Counted from the first letter of the stretch, positions 49,561 to 64,000 are shown. The stretch: DNA of 64,000 nucleotides from Mytilus californianus (GCF_021869535.1 NW_026262745.1:41540001-41604000), one strand, 5' to 3'. Program-made: numbers and translations. Notes: generated by a model from the sequence alone, not told the origin.

Positions 49561-52369
49561 CAATACAGTTATGTCCTAATTGCAAGTTTCAGGGGACTCC
49601 GTTAATTCATTTTCAAAGAGTCGCGGCAATCTGTATTCATAAGCCAAGTTAAAGGGTCTAGTTGACAGAGGCCTAGAGCGTGTTTGGTGACAAAATAAGA
49701 CGATATGTTGTTAGCAACGACAAAAAAAAAAAACACACACACAAAAAACCCAAGCTTAGTACAAACTATTTTTCTTAAAATCAATATCCGTATTCAACGG
49801 ACAGGCGATTGCAAAAACGGCAATTTTTAATTGCGAACTGGGCATAAACTATACTGCATTGGTCCTGTTATTCTTGCTTCCTTGTGTCTATCACACAACC
49901 GTATAAAAACAACAAATGAACAACTTCCTTTTTTTGTTAATTTACAAAAGGACAAGCTAGAAATGAAACAGTTAGATTTGTTTGGACAAGTCTAAAGTTG
50001 AGTTTTCAAACTGTTTCACTCCAAACGCTTGGTGAGAGCAAACATATCTTGAATATGATAGCCAATGACCAAACCATATCAACCAGTTTTAGTTTGGGAT
50101 TATCAAATAAGAATACAGCTCAGAATTTTGAACCTTATTATACTGGCTATGAAAACAAATAATCATGATTAATTTCATTAAATTTCTTCACAATTGCATT
50201 TCGACTTTAGCCGGAAAACGGACTACTATTTAGAATGTTGTAATGCTATCTTTTGGGGAAAAGGGAGTGGAAATAGAGAAATGATTCCTTTAAAGGGAAT
50301 ATTTTGTCCCACACTGAACAGCAGTTACATTAACAATTCATGTCAGTTTCTATACTCAACAAAACTGAGGCAAAACAATGCATCTTTATATAACAATTAT
50401 CTGATCTTTCATGCCAAACAGGCATTTAGGTTCTTTTTTAAAGAAAGCAACTTGTTACCTATTTTTCCGGCCAACAATAGACACTCCGTTAAAAATAATG
50501 GTCTGTTTTAACGGTTTTAAACAAAATTGTCTTCATAGAATGACAATCGAATGTTTTTATCCGGAAGACAATGATGACAGATTCTTCTAATTTGTTTAAA
50601 TGTCTTACAAGTTTCCATCTCCTGTCAGAATATAACGAGGCATTTATAATTACATTCTTCTCACCCATCATGCATCACTGTAACAAATATAATGTTCTAC
50701 TGTTAAGTTATAAATTACACACATCAACCATCCATGTGTACCTTAATAAATATCGGTTGTGTTTCACTCTATATAGTCACAATAATTAAAAATGTAGCAT
50801 TCCTCAGGTTGGTCAAAAATAGGAAAAAGTGCTTTAAAAGATATTTCACAGCTAACTGTTTAAAATTGTACACTTAATATGAAGGCATTGTCAACAACTT
50901 ATAATCGTTAACGATTCCAACGTGTGATTTCGGCTGAAAATTGTTGACACCATCCGACTAAGCAGCATCCGTTATCAGACATTCTTAATGGTTATGAATA
51001 AAACGAACATGGTGTATACATCAGTACAACAACAACCCAGCGACGCATTAAACAAAAGATGTCTAGAGAATAAGGTAATCTATTGTTGAATAATCATCAC
51101 AGCCAAAAGTTTGGAACAACAAAAACCAAAAACCAAAATGGTTACAGTCACATGGGTGTCATTCGTTATAGCGAGAGAAATGATCATGAAAGAATAACTA
51201 ATGGCGGTCAAGCATTGCGATCGGATCGTGAATGCAATTTAGTGTAATTTACTTCTAAATCTGTGAAAAATCTGCTGTTTTCAAAAGGTGGAACAAATCA
51301 GAAATAAAAATATGTCGATTCAAATTCCTCTATAAAACTGTGCACTAAGTTAAAGAAAAAATGCAGTACTTAAAAAAACACAATAGGCGACACACAATCC
51401 TATGAGAATCATTAAGAAAAAATCTAATTTTGTATCTATAATGGTCACATTCCAAGATGTCATGAAAAATATATTGGAAACTTAATCCTTATTGTGTCAG
51501 ATAGTCCAGTAAAATAAAAGTATGCTATTACTCGAAAAAGTTCTTTTTGAAAAAGTATATTTTTGTTGATTTTTAATCAAAATTGATCGTGAAATATCAT
51601 TCAACGCATTATTTTTATCGTGAAAGACAAGGCGTGACCAGACTTAATGATCAGAAAACAGCATTTCTTGTATCAACTGATATACTTGTAATTGTATATC
51701 AGTACAATTACTTACGCGCTGCGTATCCTAATCTTAGGCTACGTCCTTCCCCTAAGTCAGCATAAAACGGTTACTTTGAATTAATTCGCAATTTTCGACG
51801 TTAAATTTTCTTCTTAAGTGAGATTGATAGAAACTACTTACAATAAACAAGGATATTTTCTATAAAGTTACGTTGTCGACCATTTTCAGGCATTGCCCAC
51901 TAGATCATGTTCCAGCGACTGAACTATTAAGCAATGTTGCTGAACATCAGCTTCTCTTTTTCTGAATTTTATACTAGTATGTCAGTCAACAGTTTTTTTT
52001 TTAAATAATATTGAGAGAAGATCTTTTTTTTTATAAACTAATGCCTTATGTTTGAATGACATAATTTTCCAATGTGCTTGATTTTCATTTTCGTGGTTTC
52101 GTTCGTGTAAAGGCTGATTATAGGGCGTACATGTCCGACCGGTAGGTTTCAACGGACCGTGGTTCATTCGATCACTTCTCATTTAGGTTAGTTTCTCTGA
52201 AACAATAAGATAGAGGCTAAATTTAATTGACATTTTCGATAAGAAGTGTCAATCCAACCTTGCGCTCAGTTTCATAGTTCATTGGTCAATTTTCAGATTC
52301 GGTGTTAAGTCTGTTTCCCAGATAATAAAAACATTTATAAAAGGTACCATACAGCCTTATAACTGTATT

Positions 52370-52414
52370 CTCCAAAATCGCGTTTTCTCTACAAAAGACT
52401 CATCAGTGACGCTC
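52370..52414 (-). ncRNA. Decayed PLE-type hammerhead ribozyme remnant (half copy also at 23850-23870)
   Basis: gagcgtca-CTGATGA-gtct-tttgt-agag-AAAAC-gcg: the GAAAC and cleavage-site positions are mutated. Confidence 0.45.
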
Positions 52415-52809
52415 GATTCAATTGCTATAGTTAAAATGTAAACTAAGAATAATTGTTAAGAATGCCAATGAGACATCTCTCTACAAGAGTCCAAATGTCG
52501 ATTTTGCTAGCAACTACATGACACCTTACGGCCTTCAACGCGGAGTAAATGTCTACACCTCACAGACCATTCAAAACGAGAAAATCAACGGCATGATTTG
52601 TGCATACAAAACGAAAAGATTCTAAGTGTTACAAATGTCTGACTTGTAGTGTTTATTTGACCTTGACCTAATTTTTATATTGTTTAGTTTTAAAGGTATG
52701 GTCATTTTTCAGATATATTTATTTACCGGTCAAGTTTTTGAGTTGACTGATTTACTTTCAAGACTATTTTGCCAAAAATGACGCCATTTTGAAAATTTCT
52801 GCTTATAAC

Positions 52810-53740
52810 ATAAAATTGAGAATGAAAATGGGGAATGTGTCAGAGACAACAACCCGACCATAGATCAGACAACAGCCGAAGGCCACCAATGGGTCTTCAA
52901 TGCAGCGAGAAACTCCCGCACCCGGAGGCGTCCTTCAGCTGGCCCCTAAACAAATATGTATACTAGTTCAGTGATAATGGACGTCATACTAAACTCCAAA
53001 TTATACACAAGAAACTAAAATTAAAAGTGATACAAGACTAACAAAGGCCAGAGGCTCCTGACTTGGGACAGGCGAAAAAATGCGGCGAGGTTAAACATGT
53101 TTTTTGAGATCTCAACCCTCCCCCTATACCTCTAGCCAATGTAGAAAAAACAAACGTACAACAGTTCGCACAGTAAAACTCAGTTTAAGAGAAGTCCGAG
53201 TCCGAAGTCAGAATAGGAAACAAAAGAAAATAAACAAAATGACAATAATACATAAATAACAACAGACTACTAGCAGTTACTGACATGCCAGCTCCAGACC
53301 TCAATTAAACTTCATCATATGAATATCAGGCACAATCCCTCCTGTTATGGGTTTAGTATTATACCGTCATAAAATATATGAGAAGAACATAACCCGTGTC
53401 ATGCCAACAACTGGTTTTAGAATAAATATGTTTAATTCCGATGCAAATACCCTATAAGTGAATCAATATTAAAGCCAAAATATGCAATTTTTAATGACCT
53501 GACAACAGTATCGTAACTATATCCCTTCTTAATAAGTCTGTTTAAAGGTTTTGTTAGCTTTTGAGGTGAATACTGACATTTTTGTGCTTTGTAAAGAATA
53601 TTACCATAAAAGATTGGATGTGAAATACCCGAACGTATAAGATGTCTGCATGTTGAGTTATATTTACGAATGATGTCCTTATACCGATGATAAAATTTAG
53701 TAAATGTTTTGACTAAAATTTAATACGTTGTTACATACAC
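52810..53740. repeat. Abundant interspersed repeat, Penelope-tail-like
   Basis: Starts aaaattgagaatg.aaatggggaatgtgtc; shares ggctcctgacttgggacagg and ggttaaacatg motifs with other copies in the window. Confidence 0.55.
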
Positions 53741-56605
53741 GAGCGAATCGTACAAGTTATATAAGATATATAAACACCATAAGATGGTGACAAGGGAACG
53801 TCACCATCTAAAAATGGATAATTAACGATAGGAAATGAAAAATCATCTCTTTCATCATAAATTTTTGTATTAAGCCCTATTTTTCTCATTTGTCCATGTT
53901 TATCTATAAGCTTGATATGGTTTTGTCATTAGAAGATGCAGAGCATCGTTGAATTTGGTTCTGATAAGGCGTTTTTTTGCCAAAGTTAATGGATTCAAAA
54001 TAAAGAATTGTTTTGAAATATCATTTTTCTATCTTTTCATCAAGGCCTGCAATAATTGATTAAGTTGTTTAAGATGCTGATGGTATTTGAAATTCGTTTC
54101 AGTTAGGGGATTGTTGCCTTAGTTGTGGCCCTTCAAAAAAAAGAACTTTGAAAATATGGAGATACATTATTGTAATTGAATATGTGCATGCACAATCTAA
54201 CGATATCATTGTTGCAAATTTAAAAAATTCCATTATCGTTTAATATTTGTCATTCCAGGGCTGAAACGAACTTTTTATGCGGTACGGGGTTTATTCAATG
54301 TTTAAAGCCGAGCGAAAACCGGTTTCTAATTACCACAATTTTTATCATTTGCCTTTACTGGATAGTAATCTCATACGCAAATATACCACATCCTTAAATT
54401 TAATCCATTTGCTTTGCGGGACAGTTGTTATGTTTTCTGATTTTGTTTTAGTAAATTAATAAGTAAAACTCTCCGCTATACAATATTTGCATTATACATT
54501 GAAATACGAAACATGATAAGAAATTGAAAATTCTGAAAAAGTTAAAAGAAAAATATATCTTCCTGTTGTGTAAAAACACAGTAAATACATTCAAAAAAGT
54601 GTCTCGTGTACCACTTTCAGAAATTTAATACATTAAAAGTCAAAACGTATAGTCAAATTAGTAAGAAAAGAATAGTGAGAATTATATGACATTAATATGT
54701 GTACTTGACATATAAGTACCGCTCATTGTTTTAAATGTTATAAAATTTTGAAAAAATTGTTCGTCAAGTAATCGGTACTTTCGCGACTACCTTCTTTAAC
54801 AAAGAGAACCAATTTGATCTTATTTCAATGACATGATTAATTTTTTAGTTCGACATTTATTCACTGAAACCTAACGGTATTACCCTTCGCGTAAAGCTGC
54901 ATACAAAAATACATTAATTTGGTGAGCTTACATGTTTTACCTTGCACAAGATTCTAAGTTTTTACAAGTATTAGATTCAGTTCCTTTTTGCATACCGATA
55001 GGTGTAATCTACAAGTTAGTAAAATTATAAGTTTCCCTCTCTTATCTTCTTATAATAAGGGGTTTTAAAAATCTAATAACCTCTACAAAAGCTCCGTCTC
55101 TATAAAATAAATTTCGTACAAAATTATTATTTTTAGACATCATATTAAATACTTTCAATAGCAATTTAAAAACTTTTTGAAAAGACACATGTTAAAATTC
55201 AAAAAAAGCAGCCCTGGAGAAAAAGTGAAAAACTACTAGGCCGAACAACTAGTTTGCTGCCTCAACTTAAGGACAATAACTTATGAATGGCATTGTTCAA
55301 TGCAATTTTGGATATTATAAATTAAACGAAAATAACGATTCCAAACTCTATTTGCAAAACATATGTCCAGATGTAAGATAATTGTCTCTAAACAAACCTT
55401 TGATAACTTTGTTTATCATATACTTAGAGTGAATAACCTATAATTTTTACTGTATGATAATAGCATTAAATTTACGTGAATTCTGTTTTTTCCGAAATGG
55501 TGCATAGCGGACTGATATGAAAAATTTATCAACTGCCCTGCTTTTATGGCATGCCTTTCCGTAACGTTATAGCATGGCATTCCGCTATTTTCGCGAATTC
55601 CGAAAACTACATCTCAATGGTACGTTTTCAGTGAATAATATAACAAAGTAAGGTACAGAACGAATATTAGGAAACAGGAAAACGTTTGTTATGTAAAATG
55701 CAAAACAAATGATACAATAAAGGTTCCAACATAATAATTTAGCAAGTTACTTTACAAATGTTGACTTTTCCAAACAGTGTTCATTATGTTTCGATGATTT
55801 TTTTATCGTCAATATAAAAATATATTATACTTATAAGTTTCATAACAATTGAAAATTGAATTTCGCTAAATATCAAGTCGAGTTATTTGATTTCAATATA
55901 ATAATAAACGAGTCTATGGCGAGTTTATTATTACTATTTGAATTAAATTACGAGAGTTGATATAAAACGATATCCAATTTCACGAGTTGTTACCTATTTC
56001 TGTTATGGTGAACACTCTCATTGTGTTAAATTAAAAATTCCGCGAATCCTTGATCTAGTTTTTTGCAGATACCAGTATGACTTCATATATCCTGTTCCAG
56101 CGTCAAACTTTAACATCAGACATTTTAAAACTTTTTGGAAGAAGATTTTCAGGTGAAAAGTGTGAGTGTTTTGTGTATCATTGAAGAAGTCGCATATTTC
56201 CGTTGCCATGGACGAAATGTACATCGTCGTAACCTTTGAAAGACATCAGTGACCTAACGAATAGCTAATGGTTATGTAATATTATCGTCTCATGATGCTG
56301 AATAAGCCAATAAAATTAACGCGGTTTTCGTATCACTTTTTCGTATCACACACCGTGTAAAGTGATAAGAGAAATTTCTCTGCGTGCAAGAAATTGACAA
56401 CAGGCCACAACCATAAGTTAATGTTGTTTTTCTCCTCTGTTGAGGCTTATGATAGAAAGATTTCATATCGGATGTATTACATTTGGCGTCCGTCGTCCGT
56501 AAACTTTTCACTTTTTGAACTTCTACTTGAGAACCACTTAAAAGGATCAATATATTAAACTGTTATTTTTCTCTATTGTTGAAGCATATGATAGAAAGAT
56601 CATAA

Positions 56606-56693
56606 CATGTCATTTTCATATCAGATGATACCCAAGAGCCGAAGCCGATATTGACCGAGGGCTGATAATACATCTGATATGAAAAATGCCATG
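56606..56693. repeat. ~22-bp stem hairpin of a non-autonomous element
   Basis: catgtcattttcatatcagatg ... catctgatatgaaaaatgccatg. Confidence 0.7.
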
Positions 56694-57264
56694 TAATAAT
56701 CTGATTATATACTAATAGTTCATTAGCTTACCACAAAAATCATGCAAATGGTGATACAAGCATGAAACTTTGTACAAACATGCCTTTATGTGTATTTAAT
56801 TATATTAATGTGACAACTGTCCACAAGAGACCAAATGGCGTTGACATAAACATCTATGGCTGTACGTACAAAAGGCTAAAAATGACAACTAACACAATTC
56901 AAAACGATTTTGATAGACAGACAAACGACAACTGTTGAATTGTTGAATTGCAGGATCCTGACTTTTGACAGGCATATATAATATGCGTCGGGGTTAAACA
57001 TGTTTTCTGGCACCAAACCCTCCTCTTACTTGAACATTTGTGTAACGCTTCACAAATTTTGTTTAAGGCCTTGGTGGCCGAGTGATTGAAGATGTCATCT
57101 TTAGTAATCACTAGAGAGTCAATACTGAGGTTGTAAGTTCATGCTGATGTGCTCGACTGTAATTATTATTTACTGGGGTTGCCAGATTTGCTGCAGAAGA
57201 TCGATGGTGCTAACATTATATCTCCTATACACATTTCTAAATCGACATAAAGCAAAGCATTAAA

Positions 57265-57520
57265 AAAAAGCAAAACGGACCGAAAGCAACGGACAAAAAG
57301 CAAAAGTGTCGGACGAAACGCAAAAATTATCGGACAAAAAACAAAATGGACCTAAAGCAACGGACAAAAAGCAAAAGTGTCGGACGAAAAGCAAAATTAT
57401 CTAACAAAAAACAAAACGGACCGAAAGCAACGGACAAAAAGCAAACGTTTCGGACAAAAAGCAAAATTATCGGGCAAAAAACAAAATTATCGGGCATAAA
57501 GCAAAACCGGACAAAAAGCA
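57265..57520. repeat. Degenerate ~20-bp minisatellite
   Basis: Recurring cggacaaaaagcaaaa units. Confidence 0.85.
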
Positions 57521-57789
57521 CCGTATCAATCGATATTCGTTGATGTAATGTTTAAGCATATTATAGAGATTGCATCGAATATATAATCAGAAATAAAGTA
57601 GATTTCTAGTATGATATACTTCTTTTGTGAATACCATGAGTTCTGGTATTATCCTCGATGATTGGAACTTCGTTACGTATATACCCTAACTAATAACGAA
57701 AGAAAAAAATCACAACCTTGGAGCAAATATTATCCACTGTGAATGTAAATATTCTGATACACTAAATTAATGAATAGCTTCATCATCAC

Positions 57790-59220
57790 TTACCGTTATC
57801 TTGATGATATTTTTTCGTTAAATAATCAAGAATTTTCTAAATAAACTGCTGAAATTTACCCAAAGGAACTTACTTTAAATAAATCAAATATAAACGGTAA
57901 TAACTGTCCTTTCCTAGATATAGATATTTCAGTTTTACATGGGAAACTCTACACTAAAATTCACGACAAAAAGGGACGATTTTTCGTTCCCTATTGTTAA
58001 TTTTCCTTTTTTGGACAGGAATGTTCCTTTGGCACCGTCTTACGGTGTTTATACATCAAAACTCGTTCACATGCCTGTGTCCGTTGTGACGTTTTGGATT
58101 TCAACAAACGTAATCTATGTATTACTGGTAAATTATTAAGTCAGGGATTTCGTTACTACAAATTACTTAAAACCTTTACTAAATTCTTCCATAGATATAA
58201 AGATTTGGTTTTGTAGTTTGGTTGTACCTGTAGAAAACTTATTTCAAACGGGATAGCACATCCTCACTTTCACGCAGATGTTGTTTACCGAGCCCGGAAA
58301 TTTAGAAACGATCCGGGTAAACTTATCGATCCTTTAAATAAACTGATTCTAAAAAATTACCAATTCAAAACTGTAATTAGATCCTTGAATATTGTTGTTA
58401 TTGGTATTAATTTTGATTTTGTTATCAATAAATTAAAATAAAACTAAATATATATATATATATGCAGATTCATGGCTCTACAAACTAAATATTATTTTTA
58501 TTTAAATATGCATATTCATGGCTCTACAATCTGTCGATACCTGTATCTTGGCATTGCACAATGTCATGTTTTTCTCTGACTGTTTATGACGTTTTTCCAC
58601 TAAATCCATTGGATGTTGGATGTGTACTGATTGATAATTTAGTCTTAGGTGCATTATTTTTTTATTAGTTTTTATTGGATTTGAACTAGCTGTCAGTAAC
58701 TGCGAGTACTCTCAAATCTGTACATAGTGTCATTTTTTGTTGTGGGGATGTATAAGTACCCGTCCACGTCCACTCTGTGATTTTGTTAGATATATTTCTA
58801 TTTGTATCCATCTGATGAGTTAAGCCTTTTTCAACTGATTTTTATAGTTTGTTCTTATGTTTTACTGTTACACCACTGTCACAGGTTAGGATTAGGGTTA
58901 GCGCCGCTTTAAACTAATTTAACCCTGCCACATTTCCATGTGCCTGTCCCAAGTCAGGAGCTTGTAATTCAGGGGTTGTCGTTTGTAGCTGTGTTACATA
59001 TTTGTTTTTCGTTCATTATTTGGACATAAATTAGGCCTTTAGTTTTATCGTTTTAATTGTTTTGCATTTGTCATTTCGGGGTCTTTTATAGCTGACTATG
59101 CGGTATTGGCTTTGCTTATAGTTGGAGACCGTACGGTGACCTATAGTTGTTAATTTCTATGTCATTTAGTCTCTAGTGGAGATTTGTCTCATTGGCAATC
59201 ATACCACATCTTCTTTTTAT
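57790..59220 (+). mobile_element. 5'-truncated Naiad-type Penelope-like element (RT C-terminal half plus 3' tail)
   Basis: RYLDDIF, EIYPKEL, PFLD, DDFSFPIVNFPFL, SYGVY and LLSQGF motifs; ORF ends near 58445 with no C-terminal GIY-YIG. Confidence 0.82.
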
Positions 59221-59883
59221 ATGGTCAATCTGTCTTTGTTTCGTATTGTGATCCGATTTTAAAAATTCAGTAAACATCCCTGTAAGTTCGTTAGCTTTGT
59301 CTTGGACGGTGGCTTTTACAAATGTGCAACAATATATAGATCTGGCCTATTGTAATATGTATTTGAACATTACAAAATAAATTTGAGATCAAATTACAAA
59401 TGGATATCTCGAAAAAAAAAGACAACACTTATTCTATTTTTTACACGTGACTTCCAACGGTCAATTAGAAAGTCCAGAATTAAACACTTTAAACACGTTT
59501 AAGATAACTATAACGATGTATCAATGTCATTAATGCATCCAAAGTAATAAATAAAGGGTTTGATAGTGTTTATTATTCTTTAATTTTTGAAATTATTAAT
59601 CTTACAATTTAAAAAAAAAGTTACCTACATCCGAAAATAAAGTTACGGACAGTCTGATTTGTTTTGACCTAAAAGTTAAGGACGTCTTATTCATTTTTCG
59701 AAGTTGGCCTTGGCCTAAGTGAACTCAAAATTAACAAATTTATGGTAATTGTAAGTGATTTCTTTATTCAAGAATCCTATGAATATTTGCATAGTGCATG
59801 AAAAAAAGAGTAGATTTTGTATCAATTATATATCAACGAGTTTAGAGTCCGCCTTCTTGTTTCCCACAGCCGTTTCAGCACAT

Positions 59884-62800
59884 TTACCGCTTGTACCTTC
59901 TTCTTTTTTCCATTTCTCTACGGCCTAGTATTCTGTTAGCTAGTCTATTACCAGTCTTACTGCGTAATAAATATTCCCGCAAGTTCTCCTTCAAATAAGA
60001 TTTTCCGCTCCTCAGTGCATCAATATTTTTATTGCTGCGGACTACGGTGTTTACTCTACCTTCATTTTTCTTCTTCCTTTCTCCACGGGTTTTTAGTAAA
60101 CTTCGTGATAGTTCTCCAGGTGGTGGTGGTCCTAGAACAAATAAGTAAAAAAGAATCACCACATATACATGACAGTACAACATACTACATCAATCACCAG
60201 CACCCAACCCCTTCGAACAAAACAGTCGTACAAAAAAATAAATATTAATAAGAATTATAAAATATGATATGAGCTGCACAAATTGCGTTTAGTAATTATT
60301 GTATTCTTGTACATAAACAAAAGTTATAGATATAATGATGTCAAGAACGATTATCTTTACCTAGGCTGTAACACTCTTTGATGTCAAGAACGATCATCTT
60401 AACCTGGGCTGTGAAACTCTTTAATGTATAGAACGATTATCTTTGCCTAGGTTGTAACACTTTTTGGTGTCATGAACAACGGCTTGTCAAAATCTTTAAT
60501 GTCAATTTGAAGATCGATTTCTGTCCCTAGGCTATCACAATCTTTGAAGTAAAAAGTATCTTTGTCTAGGCTGTCAAAAACTTTGGTGTCAAGAAAAGAC
60601 ATCTTTACATAATAGAATCTTACACTTTTGATGACAAGAACGATTATCTTTGCTTAGGCTGTCAAAATCTTTGGTGTCATGAACGATTATCTTTGCCCAG
60701 GCTGTCAAAATCTTTGGTGTCATGAACGATTATCTCTGTCCAGGCTGTCAAAATCTTTGCTGTCAATTCGAAGAACGATTTCTTTCCCTAGGCTATCACA
60801 GTCTTTGGTGTCAATACAAATTATCCTTGCCTAGATTATTACACCTTTTTATGTCACGAACGATTATCTTTGCCTTGGCTGTATCCAGTTTTCATGTCAA
60901 GAAAAATCATCTTTGCCTAGACTCTACCAAATAATTATGTTTGCCTCGACTCTGATAAACAATTGTCTTTGCCTAAATTCTAAAAATCAATGATCTTTCC
61001 ATAGTCTGTCACAATCTGTGTTGTTATTTGTAGTAATATCTGAACTTTTGCAAAGGAATACATCATAAACTAACTAGATTTGGAACCAAATGGTCTGAAT
61101 TTTTGTATGTTATTTTCAAAAATCTTTCTTTTATTTTTTTCAAAAAGGAATGTCTATGATGAATTTAAATAAATTCCGTAGTTTTCAAAACCTCTCTTAT
61201 GTGTTTTGGGTTTTCTCGATCTTATATTCAAATCATTTTGTTGGCTTTTTGGTATATAAATTATTATAATATTTAGTTGTTTCTTTTATTAAGTTTTTGG
61301 TACTCTTTTAGTCTTTGAGATGACATATTCAAAATACTAAATTATATGAACTGAACGCATACATCATTCATTTGTTGTCTTATTCTGGTGTTGAATTGAA
61401 GTTGTTATGTTAATCGATTTTAGGTAGTTATCAAGTACATGTAGCAAATATAAAACATTATTGGTGTACGTTGATCACTCTTGTTATTTATGGAACTGTT
61501 ATTTACCAAGTCATTAACACGTTTGAGGGTTCAGTTTAGGCAACATTTCAATTAAGGCCTAAACTGAAAACGGGTTAATAGTTGAAGTGGTTGAAATATG
61601 TAGTCTGAATCCTTAGCATATTTGCGCCTATACTGTAGGCTATAGTAATATGGTCAAACAAGAAGTTTAAAACAATAAATAGTGATCATTTCATTAATAG
61701 TTTTTCAAATAATTGTTCTTTCTTTCATGATTATTGATAAATAAATAGTATACCGCTGTTCGAAATTCATAAATCGATTGAGAAAAAAAACAAATCCGGG
61801 AAACACATTAAATATAAGAGAAGAACAAGATACCAAAGGGACATTCAAACTCATTAGTCGTATATATACCGACAACGCCATGGCTTGAAAAGAACAGACC
61901 AACATACAAACAATAGTACACAAAACATTACATAGAAAACTGAAGACTGAGCAACACGAACCCCACCAAAAACTGGAGTTGATCCCAGGTGCTCCGGAAA
62001 GGGAAATAGATGATGCTCCATATGTGGCACCCGTTGTGTTGCTCATGTTAGTACAAACCCGGTAATAAGTCTAATTATGTAGGTCACATTCGGGGAAAAG
62101 GGGCCGGGATTGTAATTACGACATTTGGAACATATCCGCTATCATCTGTGAAACGGATATTTCATAACGGTCACCCAACTCGTGATGGCGTCCGTAAAAT
62201 TTACGAAGGGATGTTTTTAACTTTACCAATTGGAATTCTTTGTTTAATAGCGTCCTTGTGATCAGCCACCTTCTACCAAGGAAATCATGATATGAAATAC
62301 AAGCCCTGGAATAATTTATCGATTCCAAAACAATGCACAATTATTAGGAAACATCTGTCGTGCATAGCCCAATAACCAAACTGTTACAATGTCCTTAAAC
62401 AAAGCAGTTACTGTCCATTAAGTCTATAAATGACTCACTATACTTTTTTCGACAACGGAACAACATTTGTGGACATAACACCATGGTAACTTATAAAACA
62501 CGGTCAACAGATCACATTTACATGTATGACGTTGAAAGACAGCCAAATGAATTCAAAATGTCAACATATTGATGTTGGTCCTGGTTTAACGTTTCCAAAA
62601 CTGCTAGTCACCCTAAATAGTTTATTCAGAAACAATATATGTATCAACATAAATTATGAAAGAAGTATAACAAAAATACCAAGCTCCAAGGTAAATTCAA
62701 ATATAGGAAGTTATAATAACTGATAACGTTAAGGCTAGCTAAACCTCCTACTTGTACGACAGTTGTTATCATTCCGTTATATTGACAAAATTAAACAATT

Positions 62801-63813
62801 GTGTGGAAAAATATTGTGAACATGTATCATTAACATACCCCCAAGCACACAAGATTCAGCATTCGCCTCATCAGAGCAGTCTCCACAGTCATTAGTGTCA
62901 TCGTATATTTTGTTCGAGGGAACACAATTTGGATAATTTGGAGGAGGAAGTGCACATGCAAATTCATCATTACCACACCCATCTGAAAGAGAAAAAAAGT
63001 ATATCAAATTTGAATATAAAGAGGTACATGTAAATTTTAAATATCAATGAGTAAATGATAAAAACTCATGAAAAAACAGCGGGCAATATTGCCAATTTTT
63101 GGTCTCAAAATTAGATTTTATCGAATGAAATTTAATTATTCAACTGTATGTAAACATAAATACCTAAAACATATGTAATACATTGAAACTATTCAAAGTG
63201 ACATTAAACAAAACATCATATTCCACTCTTAACAACATATTTCCATCTGAAAATCCTGTCGACGTCGTACGATGTAATTCGCAGTTTGTGTTGCGTTGAG
63301 ACGCTTATTTCACATCGAAATAAATTTTAAAATCATGTTTATTCTTTTTTATGAGGTAAAATCGAAAATAGACGAAAAACATAGTATGTTATGAATAAAT
63401 AATGTTATGTTTGAGCTTTTGATTTTGCCATTTTATAAAGGACTTTCTGTTTTGAATTTCCCTTGGAGTTCGGTGTTTTTGTTATTTTACTTTTGATGCA
63501 CGTAAAATAAATTATAAGAAAAAGAGTATATTCCCGAATGTACTATTTTCAATATCTTAAAAAAAAGAAGGGAATTATCTCATTTCTTTCATTTGTCATA
63601 AGAAGCTTTGAAGTGTTTAAGGGAGGTTAGAACTTATAAATCTAAAGAGTCAGGTCTAGAAAGCGATATATACCACAAGGGGAATATCAAACCTACCATC
63701 CGGACATCCGATGTCATACATACCGTCACTGCAGTCCGGAAATGAGTCGCATACGTAGCGCGACCTAACACATTTACTATCTGCTGTACACATAAATGCA
63801 CCACCGTTACATT
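59884..63813 (-). CDS. Host gene, 3' part: two LDL-receptor class A exons plus a basic terminal exon (5' end outside the window)
   Basis: Exons 63813-63697 (117 bp) and 62982-62839 (144 bp), both phase 1-1 with GT-AG and LDLa Cys/acidic patterns; terminal exon 60131-59884 in phase 1 ending TAA. Confidence 0.75.
60337..60920. repeat. Degenerate 43-bp minisatellite, about 13-14 copies, intronic
   Basis: Unit tgatgtcaagaacgattatctttgcctaggctgtcaaaatctt. Confidence 0.85.
61700..62320 (-). mobile_element. 3' end of a second Naiad-type PLE family, intronic
   Basis: YSRAC.SYHDFL...LLN..F..VKLK.SLRKFYGRHHEL..RYEISVSQM followed by a characteristic tail. Confidence 0.75.
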
Positions 63814-64000
63814 CTGCAGAATATGAAAAAAAATCAGATTTCATCGAACGAACTATATTTATAACTTAAAAACTTTTTACAAAATACAAATACAGATATA
63901 AAAAATTGTAAGAACATATAAAATTGAATACAAAGATTAACAGTTACTTCACTCTTCATTTTGCAGGGATTCAATATAACTTGTATTTCACACTTAACGT

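Larger units (their letters stand above)
43520..50360. repeat. Old direct segmental duplication (43520-45460 versus 48980-50360)
   Basis: Several colinear homologous blocks (aaaaggcacc.tttgggtgtgtt; gggacacct; attgcaagtttc; caacgg.caggcgattgcaaaaac; ttgcatttcgactttagcc) separated by different insertions. Confidence 0.75.

Noticed and set aside
63945-64000. Additional upstream LDLa-gene exon
   Set aside because: The only candidate donor gives a stop in the required phase-1 frame
21200-64000. Second Polinton TIR and capsid, ATPase, protease or integrase genes
   Set aside because: I found no reverse complement of the 9263-9400 terminus and no such motifs by eye; absence is not computationally confirmed

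Overview
AT-rich, repeat-dense eukaryotic genomic DNA with GT-AG introns. It is probably a bivalve, and the interspersed repeat families resemble those I associate with Mytilus mussels (inference). There is no prokaryotic operon, CRISPR array or rRNA. The main structure is a nested transposon complex at 6.7-22.0 kb. A Neptune-type Penelope-like retroelement (PLE) with a 14-bp target-site duplication was invaded by a Polinton/Maverick (adintovirus-like) element (AGTAGT terminus at 9263). The Polinton's zinc-finger-fused protein-primed PolB was invaded by a TTAA-duplicating Kolobok-like element, which itself carries a PLE tail fragment. The most unusual observation is that this Polinton's genes appear to be spliced. 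Three phase-1 introns sit inside conserved pPolB motifs, including the TDTDS catalytic motif. The element also carries a multi-exon mucin-like membrane glycoprotein gene and a spliced PC4-like gene ending in tandem PPxY motifs. All of these are now pseudogenised. Further right are a decayed CMC-EnSpm (CACTA-like) transposon with an SR-repeat second gene and a nested 4-bp-TSD element, SINEs, an LTR-like segment, gypsy and Naiad-type PLE remnants, and minisatellites. The window ends with the 3' exons of a host LDLa-repeat gene with a cationic tail. All family assignments come from motif recognition by eye; no database searches were run.
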